NCBI GenBank assembly: GCA_001779925.1
Contig: MFEK01000014.1
Span: 1,011-65,010 of the forward strand
Origin: Candidatus Doudnabacteria bacterium RIFCSPHIGHO2_01_FULL_46_14
GTDB lineage: Bacteria; Patescibacteriota; Doudnabacteria; UBA920; 2-01-FULL-46-14
Direction: 5' to 3'
Length of the DNA stretch: 64,000 bases
Shown: positions 1 to 9,806 of the stretch, piece by piece
How the letters are laid out: each line of letters begins with the position of its first letter
Position numbering within the stretch: the stretch's first letter is position 1
The notes under the pieces: generated by a model
Databases searched by the model: none
The model's input: the letters and a program-made list of their open reading frames with translations, nothing else
What the model was told of the DNA's origin: nothing
Made by a program: the position numbers and the translations under genes

Positions 1-14
1 ACATTGGAGCATAA

Positions 15-3000
15 ATGCATAAACCTAATAGATCTTTTTCACAAAAGGTCTTTGCTGCGGGTTTAGCAGTTACCACTGCTCTCTGGGCCTTTGGCGGCCT
101 GCTCACTGTAGCAGGAGCCGTTGAAGCGCACCCAGCAGGTACTCTCGTTCTCTCTGGAACGACTGTTTGGCATGTATCCGATGATGGAACCATGCGCCAT
201 GGAATTGATTCCCTGGCCAAATTCCTTAGCCATCGCTACAGTTTTGCCAACGTTGTCCCAGCCAATTCTGCTGACCTGGCTTTGCCAGACGGCGGACTTT
301 TGGGATGGGGTTCAGGCGTCCTGTTTAATGATGGTGGTACTGTCTATCAAGTTTCCGGCGGAACGAAGCATGGCTTCACTTCTGCCGCGGCCTTCACAGG
401 CTCTGGCTTCAGTTTTGGCAGCGTTGTTAACGCAAGCCTTGCTGGAGTTACAGCGGGATCAAACATTAGCGACGCATCCATGGCCCACATGGAAGGAACA
501 TTTGTTGTTTCCAGTGGGACCGTTTGGAGAGTTTCGGCCACTGGCCGACAAGGCGTCCCGCAACCGGGAGTCTTGTACTCCTGGGGCGCTGGTTTTGGCG
601 ATGTAGTGGCTGCTAACAGCGCTGACCTTGCTCTGGCAAACGAAGGAAACGCTTCCTTCCGCACCGGAACTTTGGTCAACGATTCCGGCACGCTCTTTGC
701 CGTAACCGCGACCACGAAGCGCGGATTTCCATCAGCTTCCTGCTACACTGGCTTTGGATTCAATTTTTCCACGCCGGTCGCAGGTTCAACTGCCGGTTTG
801 ACCGCCGGAGCTAATTACTGCGCTGACGCAGGCACTCCGACCCCTCCGGGTCCAACACCTCCGCCAGTATCAGCGGGAACAGTATCCGTATCACTCGCGT
901 CTGACACTCCGGCTGCCGGGACCATTGTTGAAAATGCGGCCCGGGTTGGCTTCACCAAAGTCAATTTCACAGCAGGAGCCTCTGACGTGATCATCGATTC
1001 CATGGTTGTGGAGCGCACTGGTATTTCCCAGGACTCCAACTTTACCGACATCATTCTTTTGGATGTCTCTGGCGGTGTTTCAGTCGGAGTTGCTTCCCAA
1101 ATCGGGAATGAAAAGACTCTTGGCTCAACCCACCAGGTAACCTTTGCTGATGACATTACAGTCAAAGCGGGGACAACCAAATCCATCATGCTTGCCGCCA
1201 ACATGTCCGGCACCTTGCAAGCTGGTGAAACCGCTGCCCTGCGATTGGTCAGTGCGACGCCTTCCGGCACAGCAACCGTTTCCGGAAGCTTGCCGATTAC
1301 AGGCAGCACCATGACCATGAATGGCACTCTTGCCATTGGAGCGGTTACTATCGCAGCTGGTTCTCAGAACCCAGCAGCCACGACTCAGCAGGTCGGTATC
1401 AATGATTACATTGTTTCCGGCGTCCGAGTCTCGGCTAACTCTGTGGAAGATATCGAAGTCCAGCAAATGCGCTTCTACCAAAACGGCACTGCTGCTGACG
1501 GCGATGTCAAAGACCTTGAGCTTATGGTTGATGGCGCAGTAATCGCCACGGTCAGCAAACCGACGAGCAAAGAAGCCACCTTCAAACTGGCTACCCCGAT
1601 CGTCATCAAGAAAGGCGAAAACAAAGAGTTCAATGTCCGCCTTGATATAGTCGACGGGTCTTCTCGAACAATCAGTTTTGATTTCGATAAGAAAACGGAT
1701 GTGGTAGCAATAGGCAAGACCTATGCTTATTACATGACTCCGACTTATCCGAACGCGACCTCTCCGTTCTTCAACGCTCCGAACACCACGATTGATTCAG
1801 GCGCTTTGACCTTCTCGAAGGGCGTAGTTGCTTCCCTCAATCTGGCCGAAGGAGTAAACAGTCAGGTTATCGGTGCTTTCAAAACCACTGTCCAAGGCGA
1901 GCCGGTCCAGGTGACCAGACTCGTTTTGAACCTGACCGTTACCGGAACAGGAAATGGCGCTGACCTCACCAACATTGTGGTCAAGGATTCTGCAGGAAAG
2001 GTAGTTGCCGGGCCGATTGACGGCGCGGACAATACCGGCCCTGACGCGGCCACCACAACCGATACGATAATTTTCCCAACGGGAACTAACACGTACACGG
2101 TGGTAGCGAACATGAACACGGATTTTGCCGGCAATGACACTGTCCAGGTCGGTGTTGATGATCCAGACAGCAAAGTCACTGCAAAAGGCACGGTAACTAA
2201 CCAAACCATCACCGCCAACCCAACCTCGACTGTCACTCTCGACACTCTGACGGTAAAGACCGGCTCGATCCTGGTTTCTACCTCCACGACACCGGCTGCG
2301 CAAAACGTACTTGTGGGACAAACCCAGTTTACGTTTGCCAACTTTGTCTTGGATGCCACTTCTTCCGGCGAGGATGTCCGGGTAACCGCTCTGGCGACCG
2401 TCCATAGGGCAGTCAACAGCGACCCGACCAACATCGCGAACCTTACTCTGTATGATGGCACGACAGCGCTTTCACCGATTATTCAGCCAAGCGGCACTGT
2501 CTCTCCTGCAACCTCGACCTTCTCCTTTACGAATCCGATCGTGATTACCAAGGGTAGTTCCAAAACCCTCACGCTCAAGGGAGACATTGTTTCCGGGGAT
2601 GCAGACTCTGATACCCACGCTTTTGGCTGTGAAGGCACAGGCTGTGTGACCGCCACTGGTGCGTCCACCAGCACGGCCATCACTCCGACCGTAACCAGTA
2701 GCACTGGACAAACAATGTCCATCGTCGCTTCCGGTACGTTCACAGTAGGCGCCTCGGGAACTAGCCCGACACAAGGCGCGAACATCACAGGCAATTCCAG
2801 CAAGGTTACTGTGGGCGAATTGCTCTTCACCGCCACTAATGAAGATATTGATTTGACTGAACTGCATCTCGGCGCTACTGCCGTCAACGGCGGCGCGCTT
2901 AACGATGAGTTCAGCATGGTCTATCTGTTCGCGGGTTCAACCCAGGTTGCTTCCGCGTCTCCGACCACGACTAACGTCATTACCTTCCAGAGCCTTGAAG

Positions 3001-3833
3001 GCAAATTCCGCATCTACAAGAACCCGGCTTCCGGACAAAACCTGCTCACCATCAAGGTTGATACTGCCGCTATAACCAACCAGGGCGGCGATGGCAACAC
3101 AGGTGATTCCGGGGACGGCGTAAGCCTAACGGTCGCTGCCGATGCGTATGCCGGTAAAGGCATTGCGTCCGGATCGACAATCTCTGCCGCCAACAAATCA
3201 GGCACCTTCGACGGTCAGCAATATACGGTCTACAAGACCCAGCCGACCTTTGCCAGGGTTCCTCTGTCAACCACTTTGGCTGACGGTGATTTGGGCGTGT
3301 TCGCCTTCTCATTGACCGCTGACGCAAAGGGTGATGTCGGCTTCTACAAGGCCGCCTTTGAGATTTCCACAACGGGTGTGAGCATAACCGACTTCAAACT
3401 CTATGAAGAGTACGGCACATCCAATCAGCAGGATCTCACCACCAACGCGGCGCGCCAATCATCGGGCGAGCTGGCTGCCGGAAGAGACTATATATCCATT
3501 CTCTTGGATACAGGCACTGATGGCGTAGGCCAGGGCGGAGAATTCCGCTTCGTCGGCGCCGGTGTTACTAAGACCTTCCAACTGCGCGGAACAGTGGCTA
3601 ATGCCAGTGCCGGCGACAGTATGAATGTGGTTCTTAGAAACGCCACAGGCGTTGGTACTCACCCAGGCGATGCTGAAACCGTCGCTGATGAGGAAACAGG
3701 CCATTTTGTCTGGTCAGACTTGCACTACGGAAACTCAACACCAACTGCGACCTACACGGCCGAGTGGTTCAATGGGTACCGCGTGCCAGGATTGTCCGCG
3801 ACTTCTACACAGCAATCGCTGTCAAAGTCCTAA
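15..3833 (+). CDS. Large secreted S-layer/cell-surface protein
   Basis: 1272 aa. N-terminal signal peptide, four ~50-aa repeats (GT[LF]V..GGTV[WY].VS...[KR].G), a Pro-rich linker (PTPPGPTPPP), then Thr/Ser/Gly/Ala-rich beta-strand (Ig-like) modules; followed by a strong terminator. Confidence 0.75.
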   Translation: MHKPNRSFSQKVFAAGLAVTTALWAFGGLLTVAGAVEAHPAGTLVLSGTTVWHVSDDGTMRHGIDSLAKFLSHRYSFANVVPANSADLALPDGGLLGWGSGVLFNDGGTVYQVSGGTKHGFTSAAAFTGSGFSFGSVVNASLAGVTAGSNISDASMAHMEGTFVVSSGTVWRVSATGRQGVPQPGVLYSWGAGFGDVVAANSADLALANEGNASFRTGTLVNDSGTLFAVTATTKRGFPSASCYTGFGFNFSTPVAGSTAGLTAGANYCADAGTPTPPGPTPPPVSAGTVSVSLASDTPAAGTIVENAARVGFTKVNFTAGASDVIIDSMVVERTGISQDSNFTDIILLDVSGGVSVGVASQIGNEKTLGSTHQVTFADDITVKAGTTKSIMLAANMSGTLQAGETAALRLVSATPSGTATVSGSLPITGSTMTMNGTLAIGAVTIAAGSQNPAATTQQVGINDYIVSGVRVSANSVEDIEVQQMRFYQNGTAADGDVKDLELMVDGAVIATVSKPTSKEATFKLATPIVIKKGENKEFNVRLDIVDGSSRTISFDFDKKTDVVAIGKTYAYYMTPTYPNATSPFFNAPNTTIDSGALTFSKGVVASLNLAEGVNSQVIGAFKTTVQGEPVQVTRLVLNLTVTGTGNGADLTNIVVKDSAGKVVAGPIDGADNTGPDAATTTDTIIFPTGTNTYTVVANMNTDFAGNDTVQVGVDDPDSKVTAKGTVTNQTITANPTSTVTLDTLTVKTGSILVSTSTTPAAQNVLVGQTQFTFANFVLDATSSGEDVRVTALATVHRAVNSDPTNIANLTLYDGTTALSPIIQPSGTVSPATSTFSFTNPIVITKGSSKTLTLKGDIVSGDADSDTHAFGCEGTGCVTATGASTSTAITPTVTSSTGQTMSIVASGTFTVGASGTSPTQGANITGNSSKVTVGELLFTATNEDIDLTELHLGATAVNGGALNDEFSMVYLFAGSTQVASASPTTTNVITFQSLEGKFRIYKNPASGQNLLTIKVDTAAITNQGGDGNTGDSGDGVSLTVAADAYAGKGIASGSTISAANKSGTFDGQQYTVYKTQPTFARVPLSTTLADGDLGVFAFSLTADAKGDVGFYKAAFEISTTGVSITDFKLYEEYGTSNQQDLTTNAARQSSGELAAGRDYISILLDTGTDGVGQGGEFRFVGAGVTKTFQLRGTVANASAGDSMNVVLRNATGVGTHPGDAETVADEETGHFVWSDLHYGNSTPTATYTAEWFNGYRVPGLSATSTQQSLSKS

Positions 3834-3867
3834 GACTCTCTTGATCTAGTCTCTCTTGAGACAGAAA

Positions 3868-3910
3868 GCAATCCCCCCTCTTCTTGAAAGAAGAGGGGGG
3901 TTGTTTTTTT
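3868..3910 (+). terminator. Rho-independent terminator
   Basis: GC-rich hairpin (CCCCCCTCTTCT-TGAA-AGAAGAGGGGGG) followed by a T-run, just after the S-layer-like gene. Confidence 0.85.
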
Positions 3911-3940
3911 GTAAAAATTTTGTTAGATTATTTATTATAC

Positions 3941-4639
3941 ATGCGCAAATACATAAAGATAGTAATAATCATGCTAATAGCGGCTGGCGCTGTGTTTGCT
4001 TTCACCAGACTGAATAAACCTCAGAATGATGAGCCGGATATAGAGGCCATGAAAGACAGCATTGCCGCGGACCCGGCTGTCCGTGCTGACCATCTGAACG
4101 CCGAACAGATTGAACAACGGCTGGCGCAGTTCCGTACGGCCAGGGATCAGGTGGTGGCAGCCAATTTTGACTCTTTGCAAGGAATTAACGAGATCGCGCT
4201 TCTCAAACAGCAATTAGGCGATTTTGAGGGCGCGAGAATCGCCTGGGAATACGCGAACATCATCCGTCCGAAAAACTCTTTGTCGTTTTCCAACCTCGCG
4301 GCTCTTTATCATTTTGATCTGAAACAGTATGACAAGGCTGAGAAAAATTATCTCATCTCCATTGCCAATGATCCGGACGACATCCCGACTATCCGCAATT
4401 TTTTTGAGCTATATTATAATGCAATCAAGGATAATGCAAAAACGGAAGCCTTGCTTTTGAGATCAATACAGAACAACCCTGATCGCAGTGATTTGTATGC
4501 TCTGGCCGGCGGTTTTTATCGGGATACTGGCAACATTGGCAGAGCGCTTGAATATTTTAAAAAGAGTTTGGAAATCAGTCCAAACAATGAAGCTGTGAAA
4601 AATGAAATCATCCGGCTGGAAGCCCAAAATAAGCAGTAA
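3941..4639 (+). CDS. Membrane-anchored TPR-repeat protein
   Basis: N-terminal hydrophobic helix and TPR-like repeats (A..Y...G....A...F.K.LEI.P.N). Start moved to ATG 3941 because the longer ORF begins inside the terminator. Confidence 0.8.
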   Translation: MRKYIKIVIIMLIAAGAVFAFTRLNKPQNDEPDIEAMKDSIAADPAVRADHLNAEQIEQRLAQFRTARDQVVAANFDSLQGINEIALLKQQLGDFEGARIAWEYANIIRPKNSLSFSNLAALYHFDLKQYDKAEKNYLISIANDPDDIPTIRNFFELYYNAIKDNAKTEALLLRSIQNNPDRSDLYALAGGFYRDTGNIGRALEYFKKSLEISPNNEAVKNEIIRLEAQNKQ

Positions 4640-4641
4640 AA

Positions 4642-6078
4642 TCAGTTTGGTTTCAGATAAACCAGCCTTAGGACATTCCCAGAGTAATCGGTTCGAATAT
4701 TTTCCAGAATCGATTCTGGCAGGTTCAGTTTTTTGAATGCTTGCTGCTCGATGACGACATATGACCCCGCCGGAATGTTCTGTCCATTTTTGATGAGTTC
4801 AAAACTCCGTTTGTTGCTGTAAAAGCTGATCGTATCCCAATAGTCGTATTCAAAAGCGTAGATTTTTTCCACATCGGTTTTCGTTGCCAAAAAGCGGCCA
4901 ACACCTCTTTCATCTTCAGAAATAGACTGGTTCACAGCCAGCTGTTTTTGTTTATTAAATCCGACATAGAGGGCGTTGGTAAATCCCGCAGTGAGCAGAA
5001 GGAATATTACAAAATAATATTTAGTGATATGAACCGCCTTGGCGCGGGCTAAAGAATCTGTAGCTAGAAGGCCGAGAAACAGAGCCATGAAGGGAATTGC
5101 TGGGATGGTATAGTAGAAGAGCTTTGTTCCTGCAGCAGCAAAAACCGTAAAGATAAATACCGCACTGCAGCCGAGCGCAAGGGCTTCTTTTTTTCGGCCA
5201 TTTGTTTTTAGCAGAGCAGTAGGTAAAGCAAGCAAACCGAGGCCAAAAAGAGCAAACCAGGGAAATTCGAAAAGAAAAGAAAATTTGAAATAGTTCCAGT
5301 TGGAAACTGCTTGTCCTCCGCCGATGACATTTTCACCAAATCGGCCAAGTACATGGTGTATAAAATATTCCTGCCAAAAAGCGCTGCCAAATTTTACAGT
5401 TTCGTATAAATGCCACGGCAAAATGATCGCGAGTCCCGCAAACCCTCCGAGCCAGAAATATTTGTTCTTTAGCCAGGAAAAATTTTTGAAAATGATTGAC
5501 CAGATCAGAATAGCCGGAAAAGCATAAAATCCAATAATGCTTTTAAACATTATGCCGACAGCAACACCGATACCTATTCCGATCAGCCACTTTGGATTTT
5601 TTAAGCCGCAAAGAAATGAGTAAAAAGAAAACATAATTGCCACAGTAACCGGAACATCGAGGCGCACCTGCCGTCCGGCAACGATCAGCGCGCCCATAGT
5701 TAAAAACATCAGACCGGTAACCAGGCTCATGAATTTATCTTTTGTTATTTCCCAGGCTAGCAGCATGATCAAAATAATTCCGGCGATGGAGAACAGGCTC
5801 GAAGGCAGGCGCAGAGAGAATTCGTCGAGTCCAAACATTTTTGATGAAATCATAGCCAGCCAGAAATACAGCGGCGGCTTTTCAAACCAGGGATTTCCGA
5901 GATGTTTAAGGGTTAATGGATCGGTGCCGGAGACGGTTTCCCTCACAACTTTTGCATAAATCGCTTCGTCATAGTCCTGCAGCGCGGGCTTGCCGAGTCC
6001 TGTAAGAAAAATTATCGAAGCCAAAATTCCAACACCTAAAAAAGCCAAAAGATAGCGTTTTTCCGGACTAATTGGCAT
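4642..6078 (-). CDS. ArnT/PMT-family (GT-C) membrane glycosyltransferase
   Basis: DYDEAIYA, WFEKPPLYFW and RLPS motifs; multiple TM helices. Confidence 0.9.
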   Translation of the reverse strand: MPISPEKRYLLAFLGVGILASIIFLTGLGKPALQDYDEAIYAKVVRETVSGTDPLTLKHLGNPWFEKPPLYFWLAMISSKMFGLDEFSLRLPSSLFSIAGIILIMLLAWEITKDKFMSLVTGLMFLTMGALIVAGRQVRLDVPVTVAIMFSFYSFLCGLKNPKWLIGIGIGVAVGIMFKSIIGFYAFPAILIWSIIFKNFSWLKNKYFWLGGFAGLAIILPWHLYETVKFGSAFWQEYFIHHVLGRFGENVIGGGQAVSNWNYFKFSFLFEFPWFALFGLGLLALPTALLKTNGRKKEALALGCSAVFIFTVFAAAGTKLFYYTIPAIPFMALFLGLLATDSLARAKAVHITKYYFVIFLLLTAGFTNALYVGFNKQKQLAVNQSISEDERGVGRFLATKTDVEKIYAFEYDYWDTISFYSNKRSFELIKNGQNIPAGSYVVIEQQAFKKLNLPESILENIRTDYSGNVLRLVYLKPN

Positions 6079-7159
6079 GGTAAATCAGTTCTTGATAAAC
6101 ATTTTCTGTTTTTTCAATCATCCTTGCGAGCGTGAACTGCAAGGACTTTTGTTTGGCGTTTTCCCCAAGACGCCGGGCGAGAATAGGGTCGCTTAAAATT
6201 TTGATAACAGCCTCAGCGAGAGCTTGAGGATTTTTTGGCGGCACCAGGATTCCAACCGCAGTTTCCTCCCCCCCTGTGGGGGAGGTTAGGTGGGGGGTAA
6301 GCATCTCAGGAACCCCTCCCACATTCGTAGAAACAATCGGTAATCCCGCTCGCATAGCTTCGAGAATCGTGTAAGGAAAACCCTCTTTGATCGAGGAGCA
6401 GGCATAAATATCAAACGTGGGAAGCAGTTGTGCCGCATCTGATACGCCGCTCACGATTTTTAGCTGCGCATTTGGAAAGTCAGCTTCGACAATTTTAAAT
6501 GCGGCCCGCAGGGTTTTGAGATCTTTGGTCGGATAGTCATGGGCAATCGTGCCGATGGTGATTTTTCCCTCCCCAGGCGTGGGGAGGGTGGTCGTTAGGC
6601 CGGGAGAGGTCGCAATCCCATTATGAATCGTGACGAGCTTTTCCTGCTTGGACAATTTGTCGGCTATAGCTGATTTTCTGTCAAATTCAGAGACAGTAAT
6701 AATTTTATTTCGAAATATTGAAGCTAATTTTTCCGCCCAGAAATAAATTTGTCTCACTAGAAAAGAGTTCGGTTCTAAAAATGCAAAGCCGTGAGCTGTG
6801 AACAAGACTGGTTTTCCAGCCAGCCAGCCTGCAAAACTGCCGATCACTCCGGCTTTGCTCGAGTTGAGATGCACAATATCTGGATCAAGCTCCCTGATCA
6901 GTTTTTTTAATTCCCAAATCGCGAGAAAATCCTTTAATGGGTGAATATTTCTGACGAGATTTCGGACTTTGAAAACCCGATATCCCTGATTCCCCAAAAT
7001 TTTCGACAAAGTTTCCGCATCATTGCCAATGGCTGCGAGGATTTCGTATCGATTCTTGTCCAAATTTGTAGCCAGATCAAAAACATAGCGCTGAGCGCCG
7101 CCCATCTCGCCTTGGGTGATTATTATGAGAATTTTTATCTTTTTGCCATTTTGACTCAT
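6068..7159 (-). CDS. GT4 glycosyltransferase with two in-frame palindrome insertions
   Basis: GGAQRY, HLNSSKAG and EGFPYTILEAM..GLPIVST.VGG.PE motifs. Confidence 0.9.
   Translation of the reverse strand: MSQNGKKIKILIIITQGEMGGAQRYVFDLATNLDKNRYEILAAIGNDAETLSKILGNQGYRVFKVRNLVRNIHPLKDFLAIWELKKLIRELDPDIVHLNSSKAGVIGSFAGWLAGKPVLFTAHGFAFLEPNSFLVRQIYFWAEKLASIFRNKIITVSEFDRKSAIADKLSKQEKLVTIHNGIATSPGLTTTLPTPGEGKITIGTIAHDYPTKDLKTLRAAFKIVEADFPNAQLKIVSGVSDAAQLLPTFDIYACSSIKEGFPYTILEAMRAGLPIVSTNVGGVPEMLTPHLTSPTGGEETAVGILVPPKNPQALAEAVIKILSDPILARRLGENAKQKSLQFTLARMIEKTENVYQELIYHAN
6264..6297 (-). repeat. GC-rich palindromic repeat (family B), in-frame in GT4 (PHLTSPTGGEE)
   Basis: Minus strand begins CCCCCCACCTAACCTCCCCC and forms a G/C hairpin; near-identical to 10737-10770. 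Confidence 0.8.
6567..6610 (-). repeat. GC-rich palindromic repeat (family B variant), in-frame (TSPGLTTTLPTPGEG)
   Basis: CCCTCCCCA-CGCC-TGGGGAGGG hairpin in the GT-B interdomain linker. Confidence 0.7.
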
Positions 7160-7188
7160 GAGCTCAATTATCGTACAATAAATAGTAA

Positions 7189-7260
7189 CTCCATTAGAAA
7201 TCTCTACTGAAATAATAAACTATATTACGTCTTTATGACAGCGCAGATTTCCAAATGGGG
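7189..7260. mobile_element. Degenerate copy of the family A miniature inverted-repeat element
   Basis: CTCCATTAGAAATCT...AGATTTCCAAATGGGG with AT-rich interior and internal TTATGA; lies in a divergent intergenic region; target duplication not intact. Confidence 0.6.
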
Positions 7261-7282
7261 TTGAATAATAATCCAAGAAACC

Positions 7283-8113
7283 ATGCATGACAAGCATAAA
7301 ATCGGCATCGTGGGCGGTGGTGTGGTCGGCGGGGCAGTAAAGAACTTTTTCACGGAAGCCAAAGTCTACGATAAATATAAGAACCTTGATTCAATTGAAG
7401 AAGTAGCTTCCGCGCGCTTCATTTTTATCTGCGTGCCAACGCCCTTTGAAAATGGCCTGGATTTATCAATGGTGGACGACGCGGTAGCGAACGTTGTGTC
7501 TCACCTCGCGGACCCGGAAAATCAGCTTGTTGCTATCAAATCAACCGCCTGGCCGGGAACCACGCAAAGCTACCAAGATAAATATCCTGAGGCCAATTTT
7601 GCTTTTAATCCCGAGTTTCTTCGCGATAAAACTGCGAACGAAGATTTTATAAACAATGACCGGCAGATTGTGGGGTATACGAGCAAAACCAAAGACAGCC
7701 CCCTCGTGAAAGAGCTTTTGGAGATTCTACCGCGCGCGCCTTATGAAAAGATCATGCCCGCTGTAGACGCGGAAATGATTAAATATGCCGGCAATACTTT
7801 TTTGGCGCTTCAGGTGATTTTTGCCAATCAGGTTTTTGACATTTGTGAAGCTTCGGGGATCAGCTATGAGCAGGTGAAAGAAGCGGTGAAGGCGGACAAA
7901 CGAATTGGTAAAACGCACTGGGAGGTTTTTCATACAGAATCAAGCCTAGCCGCAAACATCAGTGATGCGTATCGCGGCTATGGAGGGAAATGTTTCCCCA
8001 AGGATATCAATTCGCTTATCCATGAAGGCCAAAAGATTGGAGTGGATGTGTCGCTCTTTGAGGTGGGCCGCGAGGTTAACCTCAAGCTAAATGGAGGCAA
8101 ATATGACAAATAA
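7283..8113 (+). CDS. UDP-glucose/GDP-mannose dehydrogenase family, short form (copy 1)
   Basis: GGGVVG, ICVPTP, IKST, FNPEFL and GYGGKCFPKD motifs; lacks the usual C-terminal domain. Confidence 0.85.
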   Translation: MHDKHKIGIVGGGVVGGAVKNFFTEAKVYDKYKNLDSIEEVASARFIFICVPTPFENGLDLSMVDDAVANVVSHLADPENQLVAIKSTAWPGTTQSYQDKYPEANFAFNPEFLRDKTANEDFINNDRQIVGYTSKTKDSPLVKELLEILPRAPYEKIMPAVDAEMIKYAGNTFLALQVIFANQVFDICEASGISYEQVKEAVKADKRIGKTHWEVFHTESSLAANISDAYRGYGGKCFPKDINSLIHEGQKIGVDVSLFEVGREVNLKLNGGKYDK

Positions 8114-8909
8114 GCCTTCTTTCAAAATCGCCATTGTCGGCGGGGGAGCGGTCGGCAAGGCCATTTCGGCGTATTACGGGCGGGTAAAAATCTACGATAA
8201 ATATCATCCGGTGGATTCGCTTGATGAGGTCTGCGATGCTGATTATATCTTCGTGGCTGTGCCTACGCCATTCGATGATGCCAAAGGCCAGCCGGATTTA
8301 ACAGAAATGGATGATGTTCTGACAGTACTTGCCAAAAATATGAAACGGCCGGCCGAACAGGTGGTAATCATCAAATCAACAGTGTTTCCCGGAACAACCC
8401 ATGGTTATCAGGAGAAATTTCCCAGTCTAAATCTGATTTTCAATCCCGAGTTTTTAACGGAAAAGACAGCGGTTGAAGATTTCGCCAGGCCTGACAAACA
8501 GCTCGTGGGTTTCACATCCAAATCCGTCGAGTTTGCAGAAAAGGCGATGAGCATCCTGCCGCGGGCGCCTTACGAAAAGATCATGCATGCCAGGGCTGCA
8601 GAAATGACTAAATATGTTATCAATACCTACTATGCTTTTAAGGTTATATTCGGTAATTCTATTTATGATCTATGCCAGAAAACCGGCGCTGATTACGATC
8701 AGGTGCGAGAGGGTTTGGTGCGCGATAAGCGAATCATTGATTCTCATTTTGACGTTTTGCACGGCGGATATCGCGGTTACGGCGGCAAATGCCTGCCAAA
8801 AGATGTGAAGACCCTTGCCTGGTTTGGCAGCAAAAACGGCAAGCCCGTAAAATTTATCGAAACTATTATTAAACTGAACGAAAAACTGGCATGGCAAAAG
8901 CACTTGTAA
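8103..8909 (+). CDS. UDP-glucose/GDP-mannose dehydrogenase family, short form (copy 2)
   Basis: GGGAVG, AVPTP, FNPEFL and GYGGKCLPKD motifs; GGAGG before ATG 8103. Confidence 0.85.
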   Translation: MTNKPSFKIAIVGGGAVGKAISAYYGRVKIYDKYHPVDSLDEVCDADYIFVAVPTPFDDAKGQPDLTEMDDVLTVLAKNMKRPAEQVVIIKSTVFPGTTHGYQEKFPSLNLIFNPEFLTEKTAVEDFARPDKQLVGFTSKSVEFAEKAMSILPRAPYEKIMHARAAEMTKYVINTYYAFKVIFGNSIYDLCQKTGADYDQVREGLVRDKRIIDSHFDVLHGGYRGYGGKCLPKDVKTLAWFGSKNGKPVKFIETIIKLNEKLAWQKHL

Positions 8910-9805
8910 CCGGCGGCGCGGGGTTCATCGGCTCGCATATCGCGGATCGACTGATCAATGATGGTCATGAAGTAATCATTCTTGATAATTTTTCGACTGG
9001 CAAAAGAGAGAACGTAAATCCGAAAGCCAAACTCGTGGAATGTGATATTGCTGACTATGAGGTGATAGAGCCACATTTTGAAGGAGTAGAAGTAGTGTTT
9101 CATACGGCAGCGTTAGCGCGCATTACACCATCGGTGAAAGACCCCCTTCCTTCGCACGCCGCAAATGCCACAGGCACTCTGAATGTTTTGTGGGCGTCAA
9201 AAAATGCTGCCGTAAAAAAAGTTGTTTACTCCTCAACCTCTTCTATTTACGGCGACCAGGAGATTGAAGACTATCCACTCAGTGAAACTCTGGAGCCGCG
9301 ACCGGGCAGTGCTTATTCAGCGCAGAAATATATGGGTGAGTTGTATTGTAAATTATTTAATAAATTTTACAAGCTTGATACAGCAATCCTGCGGTACTTT
9401 AATGTTTATGGTCCACGCCAGCTCACAGAGGGCGCTTATGCAACAGTTATTGGTATATTTATCAAGCATCGCGAACAAGGGAAACCAATGACTATCGTGG
9501 CTGATGCAGGAGAAAGGCGCAGAGACTATACTCATATTTCAGATGTGGTGGAGGCCAACATTTTTGCATGGCATGCCCAGATTCCCAGAGGTGAATTGTT
9601 TAATATCGGCTGCGGTAAAAATTATAGTGTTAATGAAGTAGCTGCTATGATCGGCGGTCCCACGGAAAAAATTGATGCGCGTCCTTGGGAGTATCAAATT
9701 ACCTTAGCCGACAATTCTAAGGCAAAAGAATTACTCGGTTGGGAGCCGAAAATAAGTTTTGAAGAGGGGATTGCGGAATTAAAAAAAATACACAACCTGG
9801 AATGA
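8891..9805 (+). CDS. NAD-dependent nucleotide-sugar epimerase (GalE/WbpP-like)
   Basis: TGGAGFIGSH, YSAQK and LRYFNVYGP motifs. Confidence 0.9.
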   Translation: MAKALVTGGAGFIGSHIADRLINDGHEVIILDNFSTGKRENVNPKAKLVECDIADYEVIEPHFEGVEVVFHTAALARITPSVKDPLPSHAANATGTLNVLWASKNAAVKKVVYSSTSSIYGDQEIEDYPLSETLEPRPGSAYSAQKYMGELYCKLFNKFYKLDTAILRYFNVYGPRQLTEGAYATVIGIFIKHREQGKPMTIVADAGERRRDYTHISDVVEANIFAWHAQIPRGELFNIGCGKNYSVNEVAAMIGGPTEKIDARPWEYQITLADNSKAKELLGWEPKISFEEGIAELKKIHNLE

Positions 9806-9806
9806 C

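Noticed and set aside
121-3849. Numerous alternative-frame and antisense ORFs over the S-layer-like gene (and similar shadows elsewhere)
   Set aside because: These are shadow ORFs from biased codon usage, with no recognisable motifs.
3884-3940. N-terminal extension of the TPR ORF
   Set aside because: It is translated terminator sequence; ATG 3941 gives a normal membrane anchor.
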